Assembly (NCBI GenBank): GCA_951406725.2
Contig: OX597820.1
Coordinates: 59,644,001-59,708,000, forward strand
Reading direction: 5' to 3'
DNA length: 64,000 nt
From: Octopus vulgaris
Taxonomy: Eukaryota
Part shown: piece by piece, positions 45,820 through 59,300 of the stretch
How the letters are laid out: every line of letters starts with the position of its first letter
Numbering within the stretch: the stretch's first letter is position 1
Made by a program: the position numbers and the translations under genes
The notes under the pieces: model-generated
Database searches by the model: none
Seen by the model: the letters and a program-made list of their open reading frames with translations, nothing else
Told to the model about the DNA's origin: nothing

Positions 45820-46570
45820 AGATGGAGAGAGCGAGAGAGAGAAAGAGATGTACTTGCATAGCGAGTGGCAAGGTAACAGTCAAGTATACAAATTGAACTG
45901 ACACATATTACATAAACATACGTTCGCAAGTACATACACATGTACACACACAGACACGTCTATTTCTCCTAAATACTCACAAGTACATAAGAACATACAT
46001 ACATGCGTATAGGCATGCGCACATACATGTACACATATACATACATACATACGTACGTACATATATATCATGAACTAACTGTTACTTTCTCAGATGCAGC
46101 ACGGGATTTTGTCAGTGAAGAAGTCGCAGTCTCAAAACAACGAAAATATTTTGACAAATTAAATTTAAATATTAAAGTGAATCTAACGGTTTTTGTGTGT
46201 TTCTTAAATGGCTTATAAACACCTTCCATGCTGCAATTGTTTTCGTTCCAGTACAGCAAAGTTTACCCTTACTAAATCCAAACTCCTGTCAGCTTTCTCT
46301 AATTACACCCAAAGGCATAAACAAAAACGAACAAAAAATAAGACCCGTGATCTTGACACCAAAATTAAGAAAGGCCATAACAAATTAAAAAATAGAGAGA
46401 TTGTATGCTTCTCGACTGACAAATCAGTTAGAATGTCTGTTGACAACTTATCTAATTACATTTCGAACATGCAACCACACTTCACAACAATAACATAAAC
46501 AACAACACTCGAGTACATTGAAAACGAAAAAGTCCTTAATGGGGATGTGGAGTATCATTCTCCAGTCTAA
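45682..46570 (+). mobile_element. Duplicate of the Penelope 5' region (32140-32945)
   Basis: Near-identical sequence; ORFs 46068/46208 match 32464/32601. Confidence 0.9.
46108..46158 (+). ncRNA. Minimal hammerhead-like motif (core C3 replaced by G)
   Basis: tttgtca GTGAAGA stemII GAAA atat TT tgacaaa. Perfect 7-bp stem I; palindromic AATATT stem III. Confidence 0.5.
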
Positions 46571-46819
46571 TAATAATTTCTTACTTACTTCTTTCACTCT
46601 GCAGGACCAATATTCAATAAAAATTTCAATAAAAACTGAATCTCGCGCCATTGAAATCATACAGACGACAATCCAACAATGCTTTGCGAAAAGTCAGACA
46701 CCAATTTTCAGCCGCCATAGTTCCGTATTTCCACGGTGATAAATTAATCCATTGTAAATTAGATTATATACATTCACAGTTTATTTTGACAAATAAACTG
46801 AGCTAAAATAAAAAAAGCT

Positions 46820-47225
46820 AATTTCCCAACCACAAGGTTCCGCATTCACTCCCACTGCGTAGCACATTCTACTACATGTATATGTGTGTGTGTTTGTCCC
46901 CGCCCCAAAACATAGCTTGGAAAGACTTTCGCCCGTCCACCATTTTCTTCGAAATTTGTTTCTTTGTATTTTTTTTTGTGTCTGTGTGCCAAAAATCGGC
47001 ATTGTGAAATTTTGTTCCCGCCTTTCCCGCCAACTTCTTCAGTTTTGACTTTTTTCCCCACATGTTGACTGCGTCTATGCTGGAGCACCGCCTTTAGTCG
47101 AAACAAATCGATCCCAGGACTTATTCCTTGTAAGCCTAGTACTTATTCCATCGGTCGCTTTTTGTCAAGGCGCTCCGCTTCGTCGACATAAATACACTGA
47201 CATTGGTTGTCAAGCGAATGTGGGG
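46820..47225. mobile_element. Two SINE fragments in opposite orientations
   Basis: + head/body at about 46820-46930; minus-strand 3' part at about 47050-47225. Confidence 0.6.
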
Positions 47226-47280
47226 AGTGGGTGACTAGCACACACGCACACTCACACATACACATGAAGATTTCCATATA

Positions 47281-47945
47281 AGAGATTTGACTGCTGTTTC
47301 TAACATATCCAGATTCCACTGCATATTTTAGCAGTCCACCCTCCTAGAAATCGTCCTACATGCTCTGCTAGAAACAGCAGTTGAAACCCCTAAGAAATCG
47401 TTCTACTCTCTCTGCTAGAAACAGCAGTCAAATTCTCTTTGAGAAATAGTAGTCAAATCTGGATTTGCTAGAAATAGCAGTGAAATCTCTTGAATTTGAT
47501 AGAATGAACAGTCAAGTCTGGATCCGCTAGAAACAGCAGTCAAATCTTTTGGGTCTGCTACATATAGCAGTTAGATCTCTTAGGTGTGCTAGAAATAGCA
47601 GTCAAATCTCATGGATCTGTTAGAAATAGCAATGAAATCTCATGGATCTGTTAGAACAAAAAATCAAATTTGGATCTGCTAAAAGCAGCAGTCAAATCCC
47701 TATGGCCTGCTAAAAAAAATCTCTTATATCTGCTAGAAATAGCAATCAAATTTGATCTACTAGAAACAGCAGTCAGATTTCTTGGGTGTGCTAGAAATAG
47801 CAATCAAATCTTTTGCATCTGTTAGAACGAGCAGTCAAATCTGGATCTGCTAGAAACAGCAGTCAAATCTCATGCATCTGATAGAAATAGCAGTCAGATC
47901 CCTTGGGTCTGCTAGAAATAGCAGTTTCAAGAGATTTGACTGCCA
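47281..47945 (+). repeat. 28-31-bp minisatellite with palindromic core CTGCTA-GAAA-TAGCAG
   Basis: About 20 diverged units, with inverted partial units at both ends. Confidence 0.85.
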
Positions 47946-48548
47946 GCGCACTAAATGCCAATATGAGAACTTTTTTTGAGGGTCTCGTTGCAGCATTTGA
48001 GAAGCTGAAACACTACTCTGTTACACCTCTGTCCAGTGATTTGTTTCTAGTCTGAAGGTCTCAACTCAAAGTAAGCCCACTCTTTGCTAGATCCAGCTGC
48101 AGAGATGACGGGGCAGCGGACCTTCTTGGATGAGACTTTCCTTGGAGCTGTCTGTTGCCAGGCATTCTGATGGGCAGTGATGTCTACAAAGCAAGGCAAG
48201 GGTTAGAGGCAAAAAGTGATCAACAAATAAAATTGTAACTGCTAGTGGAAGGTGAATTCGTGAATTCGCGAACATTACAGTATTGAATGCACTGACAGAC
48301 AGTATACACAGTTCTGTTTCCTATTTCTTTAATCACCATTTCTTTACTTCTTAATCTAACAAACGAGGTCAAAAAAAACTTTTGAGCCACATATAAATAA
48401 CAGGAGATATCAGAAATATCCTTATGCGGCAACGGATATTATCATGTAACCACTAGTCCTTTTCATGATGTAGACGTAATATCTTTACGAATATGTGTAA
48501 CACGAAATCACTATATCCTGTAGTTAACAGAAGAATAGCTACATGTTA

Positions 48549-50170
48549 CAGTAGTTTGCAAAAATCTACACCCTCCTTTGGAAATTTATATATTTTGTGT
48601 ATTTTAACAGGGAACAACACATTTTTTCAGTTCCAATGATTGTTAAATAATAAGCAGATCCATCACATTTTGATATGAAAATTACATTTTTTAAATTTCA
48701 TACTGATTCTTAAAATCATATAACTTAGAAAAATGTCTTTGCAAAAGTCTACAGCTCCCAAAATATTATACTGTGTTATTAGGTAGTTTGTCATTGATGT
48801 ATACAATCCAAAACAATCAAAAGTGACATGTGCTTTCTACCATAACAAACTTGGCCAGTCTATTATTTTGTTGTATAAGGTGATTTAACTGCCTACAAAA
48901 TCATTCACCATATGGCTATTTTGGTATGTTGATCTTTGGACTGGCTGTAAACACAAGTTGTCCAACTCGGGAAAGAAAATGGGCAAGCCTCTGTCTCAGG
49001 AACTTAAAAACCTTATTCTTTCAAAAGTACAAAAAAATTATGGCTATAAAAAGATTGCAAAAACTTTAGAATTGCCCCTAAGCACTGTTAAAACTATAAT
49101 TAAGAAGTGGTTATTGCACAAAACCACTGCTACCCTACCAAGATCTGGGAGACCGAGCAAACTTACCGCAAGAACAAAGTCAAAGATGGTCAAGGAGGCA
49201 ACCTCCAACCCTAGTGCAACACTGGAAGACTTGAAAGTTTCAGTTTCCAGTACTGGAACAGATGTCTATGCTTCTAAAATTTCCAGGGTATTGCATCGGT
49301 CTGGCCTGCAAGGGAGGGTAGCTAGAATAAAGCCCCTTCTGAAGCCTATACACAAGAAATCTAGGCTAAACTTTGCCAAAAGTCACATTAATGATTCCAT
49401 GACCATGTGGCAAAAGATTTTGTGGTCAGATGAGACCAAAGTCGAGTTATTTGGACAAAAAAAAGCTACGTTAGGCAGAAAAAAGGCACTGTTCACCAAC
49501 CTCTTTATATCGTCCCCACTGTAAAGCACAGTGGTGGCTCGCTCATGCTTTGAGGCTGTTTTTCAGCTGCAGGGACTGGAGAGTTGGTAACCATCCAAGG
49601 TAACAGGGACAGTGTCAAGTACCAAGAAATATTGGAGGCAAACCTGCTGAAGTCTGCTAGAGCTCTGCACTTGGGTCGCAATTTCAAGTTTCAACAAGAT
49701 AACGACCCCAAGCATGTGTCAAAAAGCACTAAAGCTTGGTTTGCTAGCAAGAAAATCACAGTTTTGGAGTGGCCCAGCAAGGCTCCAGACCTCAACCCTA
49801 TAGAAAATCTATGGCGAAATCTAAAGCTGACTGGCCATCGACATTCCCCATCCAATCTGACACAGCTCGAGAAGTTCTGCGATGAAGAATGGCGAAAACT
49901 GTCAGCAGACAGCAAGCTCCTGGAAGGCTACCCAAGGCGTCTGCAAGATCATCCACAAAGTATTATCTGAAGACATTCCAAAGTGGGTGTAGACTTTTGA
50001 AAAAACATTTTTCAAAATTATCTTTGTTTAAAAATCTTTCTGCAAAGATTTCTTTCAGAGTAATTTCCCGCAGTAATATGACAAAGTGAAGTTAAAGTGT
50101 TCATTTAAGGAAATATTGAAGCAGCTTGCTCCAGAGAAAATAAAGCATTTTTTAAAAACAAGTAGCATTA
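48549..50170 (+). mobile_element. Tc1-family DNA transposon (DD34E-type), IR/DR-like ends, right end truncated
   Basis: TA|CAGT start. ORFs 48958 and 49584 give HTH + RSGRPSK, WSDETK, FQQDNDPKH and PDLNPIENLW, with a frameshift and stop. The motif TTGCAAAA.TCTACA occurs at 48557 and 48739, and inverted at about 49988. Confidence 0.9.
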
Positions 50171-50185
50171 TTACCACAAGTAAAA

Positions 50186-53100
50186 CCCATACCATTCCTG
50201 GTTCATTGGCAAGAGGAAGTGAAAGCAGGTCTCGACCAGAACGTTCAACTTGGTGACAGACAATGATGGTATGTCCAAACAGGTCTGGAAAACCAACGTG
50301 AAGAAAGCATCGAATGGCGCACAGACACTTAATGCCACCCTAAACCACATCTTTGTGATATATAGCATCAGCTTTGAGCTGACATCAGATGGAGGACCTT
50401 CTTCCACAATTGGGAAGTGCACCACAGAATCACCTCTGTTGCATTTCCCCATGACAACTGCTGTGCCAAAGTCGGTATTGAGACAATAAAGGGCCTCGTT
50501 CCAGACAACACTGACAGTTTCCAGTGCACAATGCTACAATCAAGAAATACACCTGACCAGGACACACACTTGTACCCAGCCATGTGCATCTTTGGCAGAC
50601 CTATACAATACTTTATTCCCATCCATCCCAGCAAGTACCAGTCACATTCTATATGGCAAGAGACTATGACTTCTCGAAAAGAAGACCTGCGTAACTCCAC
50701 ATGCGTGCTACTGAACAGTTGTCAAAACACACATGCTCACTTCTACCCCAACGCCCCTTGCCTTCCAAGAGCAACCCTTGTCTGATGCAGTTTATCCCCC
50801 ATCCAGCAATTGTTCTGTTCGTCGCTCTGCCAGACTCGCAAAGACTGACACACAACTGTCACATTGCCCCTTGATCGTCACATCATCAGTATTGATTAAT
50901 TGTCTCTCACACTAATTATCACATTCTCGTTAACCATTTAATGCATATTATCAGTCTTCTTTGCTTCCCGCCAAAGACTTGCAGAGGGAATAGGGGATTA
51001 GAACTAAACATACATATATTATCATTTATTACAGTCTGACTTTCAGACTATGTCCAAATCCAGAGCCAAGTTGGACCCCATCCTACAAATGGGGGGGAAA
51101 AACTGGTGCCATTGTAGATGTATGCCAGTTCGATCCATACATGGTGAGAGTGGATGGCTCAGGCCGAGTCACACTGCATCAGAAAATTCCTCCAGAAGCA
51201 TCTACCGCTTCTTTCCCATGCACCACTGCTCATGGTTCCTGGACTACCTGCGTTCCTCATACCAACACCAATGATGAGACTACCTTCTCGACCCACTTTA
51301 ACAGCACCTCATGCAGCTGCAACACAGATGCCCACTTCCCGACTCCAAAATCACCATAACTGGAAACGCATCTTACTGCCTACCTACAGAGCCACGCCAA
51401 CTTACCTCACCTTCACCACAAATGGTCATACCCCAACGCCCCTTGCCTTCCAAGAGCAACCCTTGTCTGATGCAGTTTATCCCCCATCCAGCAATTGTCC
51501 TGTTCGTCGCTCTGCCAGACTCGCAAAGACTGACACACAACTGTCACATTGCCCCTTGATCGTCACATCATCAATATTGATTAATTGTCTCTCACACTAA
51601 TTATCACATTCTCGTTAACCATTTAATACATATTATCAGTCTTCTTTGCTTCCCTCCAAAGACTTGCAGAGGGAATAGGGGATTAGAACTAAACATACAT
51701 ATATTATCATTTATTACATTACATTCAATTAGCCATACATTATTCATTTCATTATTCACATATTTTCCTTCACGTTTCATGTATACCGAGGACCTTTTTT
51801 TTCATTGCTTCAATCAGTGTACATAAAGTGTTTGTGAAAGCAAAGAGTTTTCACACTTATTTACTAATGAGTTTCTTCTTATAGCTAAATCACTACCAGA
51901 ACTAGAAAACAAATTTCTCATATGGAAGCAAAGTTTAGAATTAAAAGGCTGTAGAGTTAACCTACCCAAAACCAAAATCTTGGTAAGTAGGAAAGTAGAC
52001 AAATCATAAAGCCCTTCAGGTTGATGGCCCTGCTCAATCTGTAGGAAATGGATAGGTAGAAATTCCATAAGATGTACTCTGTGTAACACATAATAGGTTT
52101 AGCAATATCAGAGGCAGGTAAACTGGGAAAATATATTTTGTATGTGGAAGGTGCACATGTACAATAAACACTAAAAATGTACAGAAAATAGACTTCATCA
52201 AATGCCAGAGGAGTACGATAGAGATCGTTGAGTAACAAAGTCAGTAGCAGAGGTGGATGAACCAAGAGTGTGGCTGCAAGAATAAAAATAGGCTGAGCAA
52301 ATTCAGAGAGCTACTTCCTCTGTTTGGTAACTAAGGGTCTCTCCTTCAGAGTGAAAGGCAGATTTATTATGCCTGTGCAGACAGCTATGCTACATGGCAG
52401 TTAAACATCGGTTGTGACTGCAGAGAACATGTATAAGCTTGGAGGAAAGTAAACTAGCATGCTTCACTGGATGTGCAATGTCAGTGTGCATGTACAACAA
52501 AATCTAACTGTTTTGAGAGAAAAGTTAGGCATAAGGATCATCAGGTATAGTGTGCAAGAGAGACGACTGAGCTGGTATGGTCATGTGATGCATGTAGATG
52601 AGGACAGCTGTCTGAAGAAGTGCTGATTTCTAACAGTTGAGAGAAGCTGTGGAAGAAGTAGACTTAAGAAGGCATTGGACAAAGTGGTTATGCATGATCT
52701 TTGACTGTTGAAATTCACAGAGGCAATGACTAATGACCGACACCTTTGGTGACATGACATGCTTGAGAAGACAATGTATTGTAATTAATTTCTCATCAAT
52801 TAATTTTTTTATAAACCCTGCCCACAACACTCATGGAGTACTTGACGTTATGAAGGGCATCCAGCCGTAGAAACAAGCCAAATCAGACTGGAGTCTGCTG
52901 CAGACCCTCAGCTTACCAGCCCTGATGAAACTGTCCAACCCACGCCAGCATGGATAATGGACATTAAATGATGATGATGATGATGACAATTCTTTTTGTA
53001 AAACTTTTGCATTTTACGCTGAAACATCTACTTTAAAGTTAATTTTATACATTGAATTTTCATTTCCAGTGAAATCAATTTTAATATTTCAAATTCAAAA

Positions 53101-54600
53101 ATACTGAACAAAATAAATTTAAAAACGGAAGCAAGTACTACTTCTAAATTTGTAAAAACAAAAACAAAAACAAACAAATAGAGGAAAATGAGCAAAACTG
53201 TACTAAAGTGAAACTAAGAAACAGAATACTGTGTAAACCAAGAGACAACTGTATTTTATGAAAGTACCATATTGCATAAACACAAAAAAAAAAGAAACTA
53301 TTGCAGAGGGAATTAAACTGAAACAGATATCGACATGACACACACAACCCATGCTAGTATGGATAAAATGATGATTAGATATTTCTGTAGAGAGAAAATT
53401 CAATGACAATCTTATGCAACCAACAATAACCTCAAACTTATCAGATTATTGTAGAAAAGCAAAAACTCAAGAAAACCTGTCAAATTTCTATTTTCTTACA
53501 ATAAACTGATTGCAAGTATTTAAGTATGTAGACAACATAATTTCCTGTTTTATATGCATCAATACATGTGTAAAAATAAGTCTCATACCTACGTTCTTTT
53601 TTCCATCCTAGCATGGGTTTGAAAAATATAAGGTTTAATAGTTGGGTAACCGTGCCATGGCTAATGCTGGTTTTTCCTCTTAAAGGTTTTTTTTATGTCT
53701 GTACAAATGAGTAATTTGTATTTTTTTTTATTAATTGACATTTCTATGTTTCAGTTTCTATATGTGACTATTTAATCATGCCATGTACAAATGAAGTCTT
53801 GGAACTGTCCAAATTACAAAGAGGCCATATGCTGGGCCAATTTTAAGGCTGACTTAGCATAAAACCACAGAAAACCTTGTGATTCCACTTTCTACAGTAA
53901 ATAGAGTAATTTTTCAATTCACTAGACGGGAAAGTAGTCCATATCACCTTACCCAGGTCGACTAAGGCCCTCTCACAGAACCCTTCGCTTTGTTAAGAGA
54001 AGTGTGGAAGATAATCCTCATTGTAAGGCCTCTGACAGAACAGAACAAGTTGATGTCAGTCCAAGAATAGCTGTCAGATATCTCTGCAAAGTTGACTATT
54101 ATGGCAGAGCAGCCAGAAAGAAGACACTGCTTCGACCAGCCAATATCAAATGGAGAAAAGATTGGACAAGTGAGATGGTAGAGAGGTCACTAGCACTTTG
54201 GGACACTGTCAAATTCTCTGATGAATCCAGATTTGCTGTATTTTCTGACACTGGTCGAGTGTGGGTCTGCAGACTGTCAACAAAATGTTCATGTGAATAG
54301 ATTGCAGCCAGCAATGAAACATGTGATGGTCTGGAGAGCAATGGTCAATCAGAAATGGTGGAGTGTGAGGGATACATAGACTCAGATAAATGTGTCCATA
54401 TTATAGAAAAACTTCTTCCTAACTCCTCCAGTGGTGAAATGATTAAAGAACAACTATTTGTTGCCTAGATTTTTCCTTAAGGCCAACTCACCAAACAGAA
54501 ATGAGATCTAATCACATAAATACTCTCAAATAATTGGTGCTCAAATACAGCAGGCTCCACACTAGGAGATTGACAGCTTTCGAGGCATTCATATCACTTA
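50186..54600 (+). repeat. Segmental duplicate of about 21600-30010 (Gypsy remnant + old RTE + Tc1 remnant), lacking the young RTE insertion
   Basis: Colinear similarity throughout. Extra internal duplication 50745-51035 vs 51430-51720. Confidence 0.88.
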
Positions 54601-55197
54601 CATTTGCCATCAATTACTCAGTATATGCAAAAATCTGTCAACCATCCCCACCACACAATGAAACCTATAGCACCGTGCTACTTGTTTGATAAAATCCACA
54701 TGTATAAAGAAAAATACACAGTGATGATTCTTCCCCAAGTCAAACGAAAAGTCTCAAAAAGTAATTCATTTACATTCGTATATCGAGTGTAGAAAGTAAC
54801 TTTCAATGAAATAATTTTCCAGTAACTAAATATTTAAGACAACTTTTAAAACAACCGAAAAATTTCATTGTCTTTCCATGGCGTTTAAATTAAGGTTTAA
54901 ATTCTTGATTCTGATATCAACATCATGTTAGTTTCGTATACGTATCATACACGAAATAACTGAATTAAGATTTATAAACAGGGAATAAAAACAGCAAAAA
55001 ATATTTTAAAGTGTTTTATTCAACTTTATTCAAACTTTATTTCTATTCGCTGTGTAATCTGCTAATCATTGCTGTCTTAAACGTAAAATGCGTTGTTTCA
55101 TATTGAGTATAGACAGTATACATATATCAACGTCATTTAACACAATGTTGCATTTCGTACTCAATACAAAATAAGAAGACAACACAACAAGAGAGGC

Positions 55198-55295
55198 TCC
55201 CTTTCTTTCCTGATGAGAAGATTGCATAATGCACCCTTTATTCCTTTGGAATTAAACCATGTTGTCTTCGAAACATATGTCGAGAGTAAAGGAAT
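55198..55295 (+). ncRNA. Type I hammerhead ribozyme (predicted GUC cleavage after C55281)
   Basis: Stem I ctttc/gagag; CTGATGA 55210-16; stem II gaagat/gtcttc; GAAA 55270-73; palindromic stem III ACATATGT; GTC triplet. Confidence 0.8.
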
Positions 55296-55490
55296 TTTGT
55301 TAACATCTTCGTTCGACTCCATTCTTTCAGTTATTCATATACAACACACAAATTTCTGCACATGAACCCGGAGTTTCTACCCTTGGACAGGTCGCTTCAA
55401 CCGTGTTTCTGACATGAATTTGCTACCCTGGTTTCGGTTCAACGAATTTTCCATGCTGACGATAAACATATGATAATTCATTCACCTATC

Positions 55491-55536
<46 letters not shown>

Positions 55537-55624
55537 AATATATATATCTATATGTATATATATATATATACGTATATATATATAAATATATATATATATA
55601 CGTATATATATATATATATATACG

Positions 55625-55656
<32 letters not shown>

Positions 55657-55760
55657 TATATGCAAATATATATATCTATATGTATATATATATATATATA
55701 CGTATATATATATATGCAAATATATATATCTATATGTATATATATATATATACGTATATA

Positions 55761-55791
<31 letters not shown>

Positions 55792-55829
55792 GCAAATATA
55801 TATATCTATATGTATATATATATATATAC

Positions 55830-55867
<38 letters not shown>

Positions 55868-55909
55868 AATATATATATCTATATGTATATATATATATAT
55901 ACGTATATA

Positions 55910-55952
<43 letters not shown>

Positions 55953-55984
55953 TATCTATATGTATATATATATATACGTATATA

Positions 55985-56015
<31 letters not shown>

Positions 56016-56053
56016 GCAAATATATATATCTATATGTATATATATATATATAC

Positions 56054-56084
<31 letters not shown>

Positions 56085-56130
56085 TGCAAATATATATATC
56101 TATATGTATATATATATATATACGTATATA

Positions 56131-56170
<40 letters not shown>

Positions 56171-56204
56171 TATATATCTATATGTATATATATATATATA
56201 TACG

Positions 56205-56243
<39 letters not shown>

Positions 56244-56272
56244 GCAAATATATATATCTATATGTATATATA
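55491..56272. repeat. (TA)n array with recurring GCAAAT/ATCT/TACG interruptions
   Basis: Direct reading. Confidence 0.95.
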
Positions 56273-56358
56273 TTGATTGATTGATTGATTCCAGTTTCAG
56301 CTCATGAGCTGTGGCCATGCTGGGGCACCGCCATTTGGTGTTGCTACTTGGTTTCACT

Positions 56359-59300
56359 TCATGGAGGCTTTTTAGCAACTGCTATTTGGTGCATGAGAGA
56401 GTTCGATGCAGCTGCCCTCATCTGCCCCTCCTGCCGTGAAGTTGGTTCATCTGGGACACCTGACAGGAAGAGATCCAGCTCCATTTTAAAGACATCTGTA
56501 TTCACCCCATGCAGGTCTCTCAGGTTCATCGGGAGGATATTGAAGAGCTGTGGGCCTCGGAAGCCCAGGCTATCACAGTATCTTGTCCTACATCTTGATG
56601 GCAAGTTTGGAGTCCTAGGCACCACGCAGTGGCGCCCAGTTCTGGCGTTTGCGTAACTCTCGATGCCAAAGTTCAGGACACTTCCCTCCAGGATCTTCCA
56701 GATGTATATTATGGCATATCTTTCCCGCCTACGCTCCAGGGAATATAATTTTAATCTCTTGAGTCTTTCCCAGTAGCTTACATTCTGCATAGAGGCTATC
56801 TTCTTCGTGTAGCTTCGTTGGATCGCCTCAAGTTCTGTGATCAACTTGACACTGGATGGTGACCATAGCTGAGAGCAATAGTCAAAGTGACTTAGGACAA
56901 GTGTCTTCCAGAGGACCATCATGGTTTCTTGTTCTCTTGTTCTAAAGGTTCTAAGAATCCATCCAGCCAGGCGTCTGCATTTCACTGTCAGTTTAGCAAC
57001 ATGTACATGAAAGGTCGTGTCATCACTCATGTGAATACCCAGGTCACGCACTGATTGTGCCTCTGGGATTGCAATCCCTCCGGGTCCAGTGTATTTCTTG
57101 GGTATTGCATTCAGTTTTGCATGCTGATAGTATAAAGCTTGAAACTTTTCAGCATTGAACTGCATGCTATTTTTTTCAGCCCACTTGTAAATTTCGTCCA
57201 GCTCATATTGCAGGTGCCTAGTGTCTTCAGGGTTCTGTATTGCCTGTGAAACTTTTGTATCATCTGCATAACTTGTGATCGTGGCTCTCCGCGTGGCTGA
57301 GGGCATGTCTGAGAGGGCCATTATGAACAGTAGTGGTCCCAAAACAGTGCCCTGTGGAACACCGCTCACTATTTGCGTGCTAATGGAAGTGGCCCCATTG
57401 GCTACTACCACCTGACTTCTATTCTTCAGAAAGTCGTGAAGCCATTCTCCTAGTTTTCCAACTATGCCAAGATCACGCAGTTTGTGACATATCATTCCAT
57501 GATCGACTTTATCGAAGGCCTTTGCGAAGTCGAGATATATGACTTCCACATTTGAGTGGTTGAGCAGTTGTTTCAGCACCCAGTCATAGTGCTGCAGGAG
57601 CTGAGTTAAGCAGCTTCTTCCTGGTCGGAAACCATGTTGGGTGTCAGGCAGCAAGTCATTTTCTTCAAGGAAGGTGATTAGTTTCCTTCTGACTATTCGT
57701 TCCATGACCTTGCTGATGTGTGAGGTCAGAGAGATAGGTCTGTAGTTCTTGGCCTCCGCTCTGCTACCTCCTTTATGAATAGGGCATATTTTACCTTCCT
57801 TCAGTTTTCTTGGAAGTTTGCCATCTGCAAGGAAGCTCTGAAAGAGGAACTGCAGTGGTCTTGCTAAGACTCTCTTACATACTTTTAGGAGGATTGCCGG
57901 GAATCCATCGGGGCCAATAGCTGAGTCTATTTTCATTTCATCTATAGCCTTTATTACATCATCTTCCTTTATATCGATGTAATTTAACGTCGCCGCCTCT
58001 GATTCTATATCTGCAGTGGTAAAAAAGTCAGTTGGATTGCTGATTTGGAAATGCCCAAGGGGTGGAGTGAAAACACTCTTGAATTGTTCATTCAGTATTT
58101 CACTTACCCTCATTGGTTTTCCTGTGAGTGTGCCATCCTTTTCAAGGAGTGGCCCTATCCTACAGTGCACCGTAGCTGTTTCTTTGGCATACCTGTAGAA
58201 AGCTCTGGGGTTAGTTTTTATGTTGTCTATAGCCCAGGCTTCTTTGTCTGCTCTTTCCTTCTCATGGGAGAGTTGCAGACAATTTTCAATTTCCAACAGT
58301 TTTATTTTCAGGCGGGACTTTTCACTGCTTTCAATTTGTTTGTTTAGGCGATTTGAGATTTTTGTGCGCCGTCTCATTAAAATTTTTCTCTCTCTGGGGA
58401 TTTTGTTCTTGTGTACAGTGGCCTTTCTCTCTGGGACACATTTGTAGCATATGGCTTGCATTACAGACATGAATTATTGAAGTATCATGTCGATGTCCGG
58501 CGAGGAGAGACATTCAGGCCAGTTTTGTTTGAGGATCTCTTTCTCAATTTGTTTCCAGTTTGCCTTATTGAAGTTCAAGCTGGAAAGACTTTGAGGGTTT
58601 CTTGTAGGCTGCATGTCCGTGCTCTCTTTTGGCCCGTACATGGTCAGCTCTACCATGTTGTGATCCGAGAGTAGTGTCGGTGTCACTTTCACATTATGGA
58701 TGAGATCCATATTATTTGTGAAGCAGAGATCCAGTGTGTTACCCGCTCTGGTTGGTTGGAGTATTACTTGCTCCATGTACAGGGTGTTGGTGAGGTTCAG
58801 GAGGGACCTCGCCTGTCCTCGTTCACATCTTGTCATTCCTGGGAGAGAAAGGCCCTCGGGCCATCTGACATTCGGTAGATTGAAGTCTCCCATGAGAAGT
58901 ACACTTATGTGTTGTTCTAATGTGGTTAGAACTTCTTCTATTTTTAAAAGGCAGTCCTCAAACTTGCCCATATGACTTGGGGCATCTGGAGGGCGATATG
59001 TAGCACACACAACTACATCAAGTTGCCTTATGTGTACAATTAGTGTGTCACACACCGAGTTTGAGTATGACAAAAGGACCTGGGGTGTGAGGTCCCCACG
59101 GATGTACATAGCAACTCCTCCATGACTTCTTTCTTTCCTGTCGGTCCGTAGTACAACATACTGTGGTATGTGTAATTCCGCATCTGCTATGTCCGGTTTC
59201 AGATGCGTTTCTGTGAGTGCTATGCATAAGGCTTGATTGCATGCGACAAAGTCTCTCAGGAACGGGACTTTTGTCCTGTTACTGTGTGTTAGTAGTCCTC

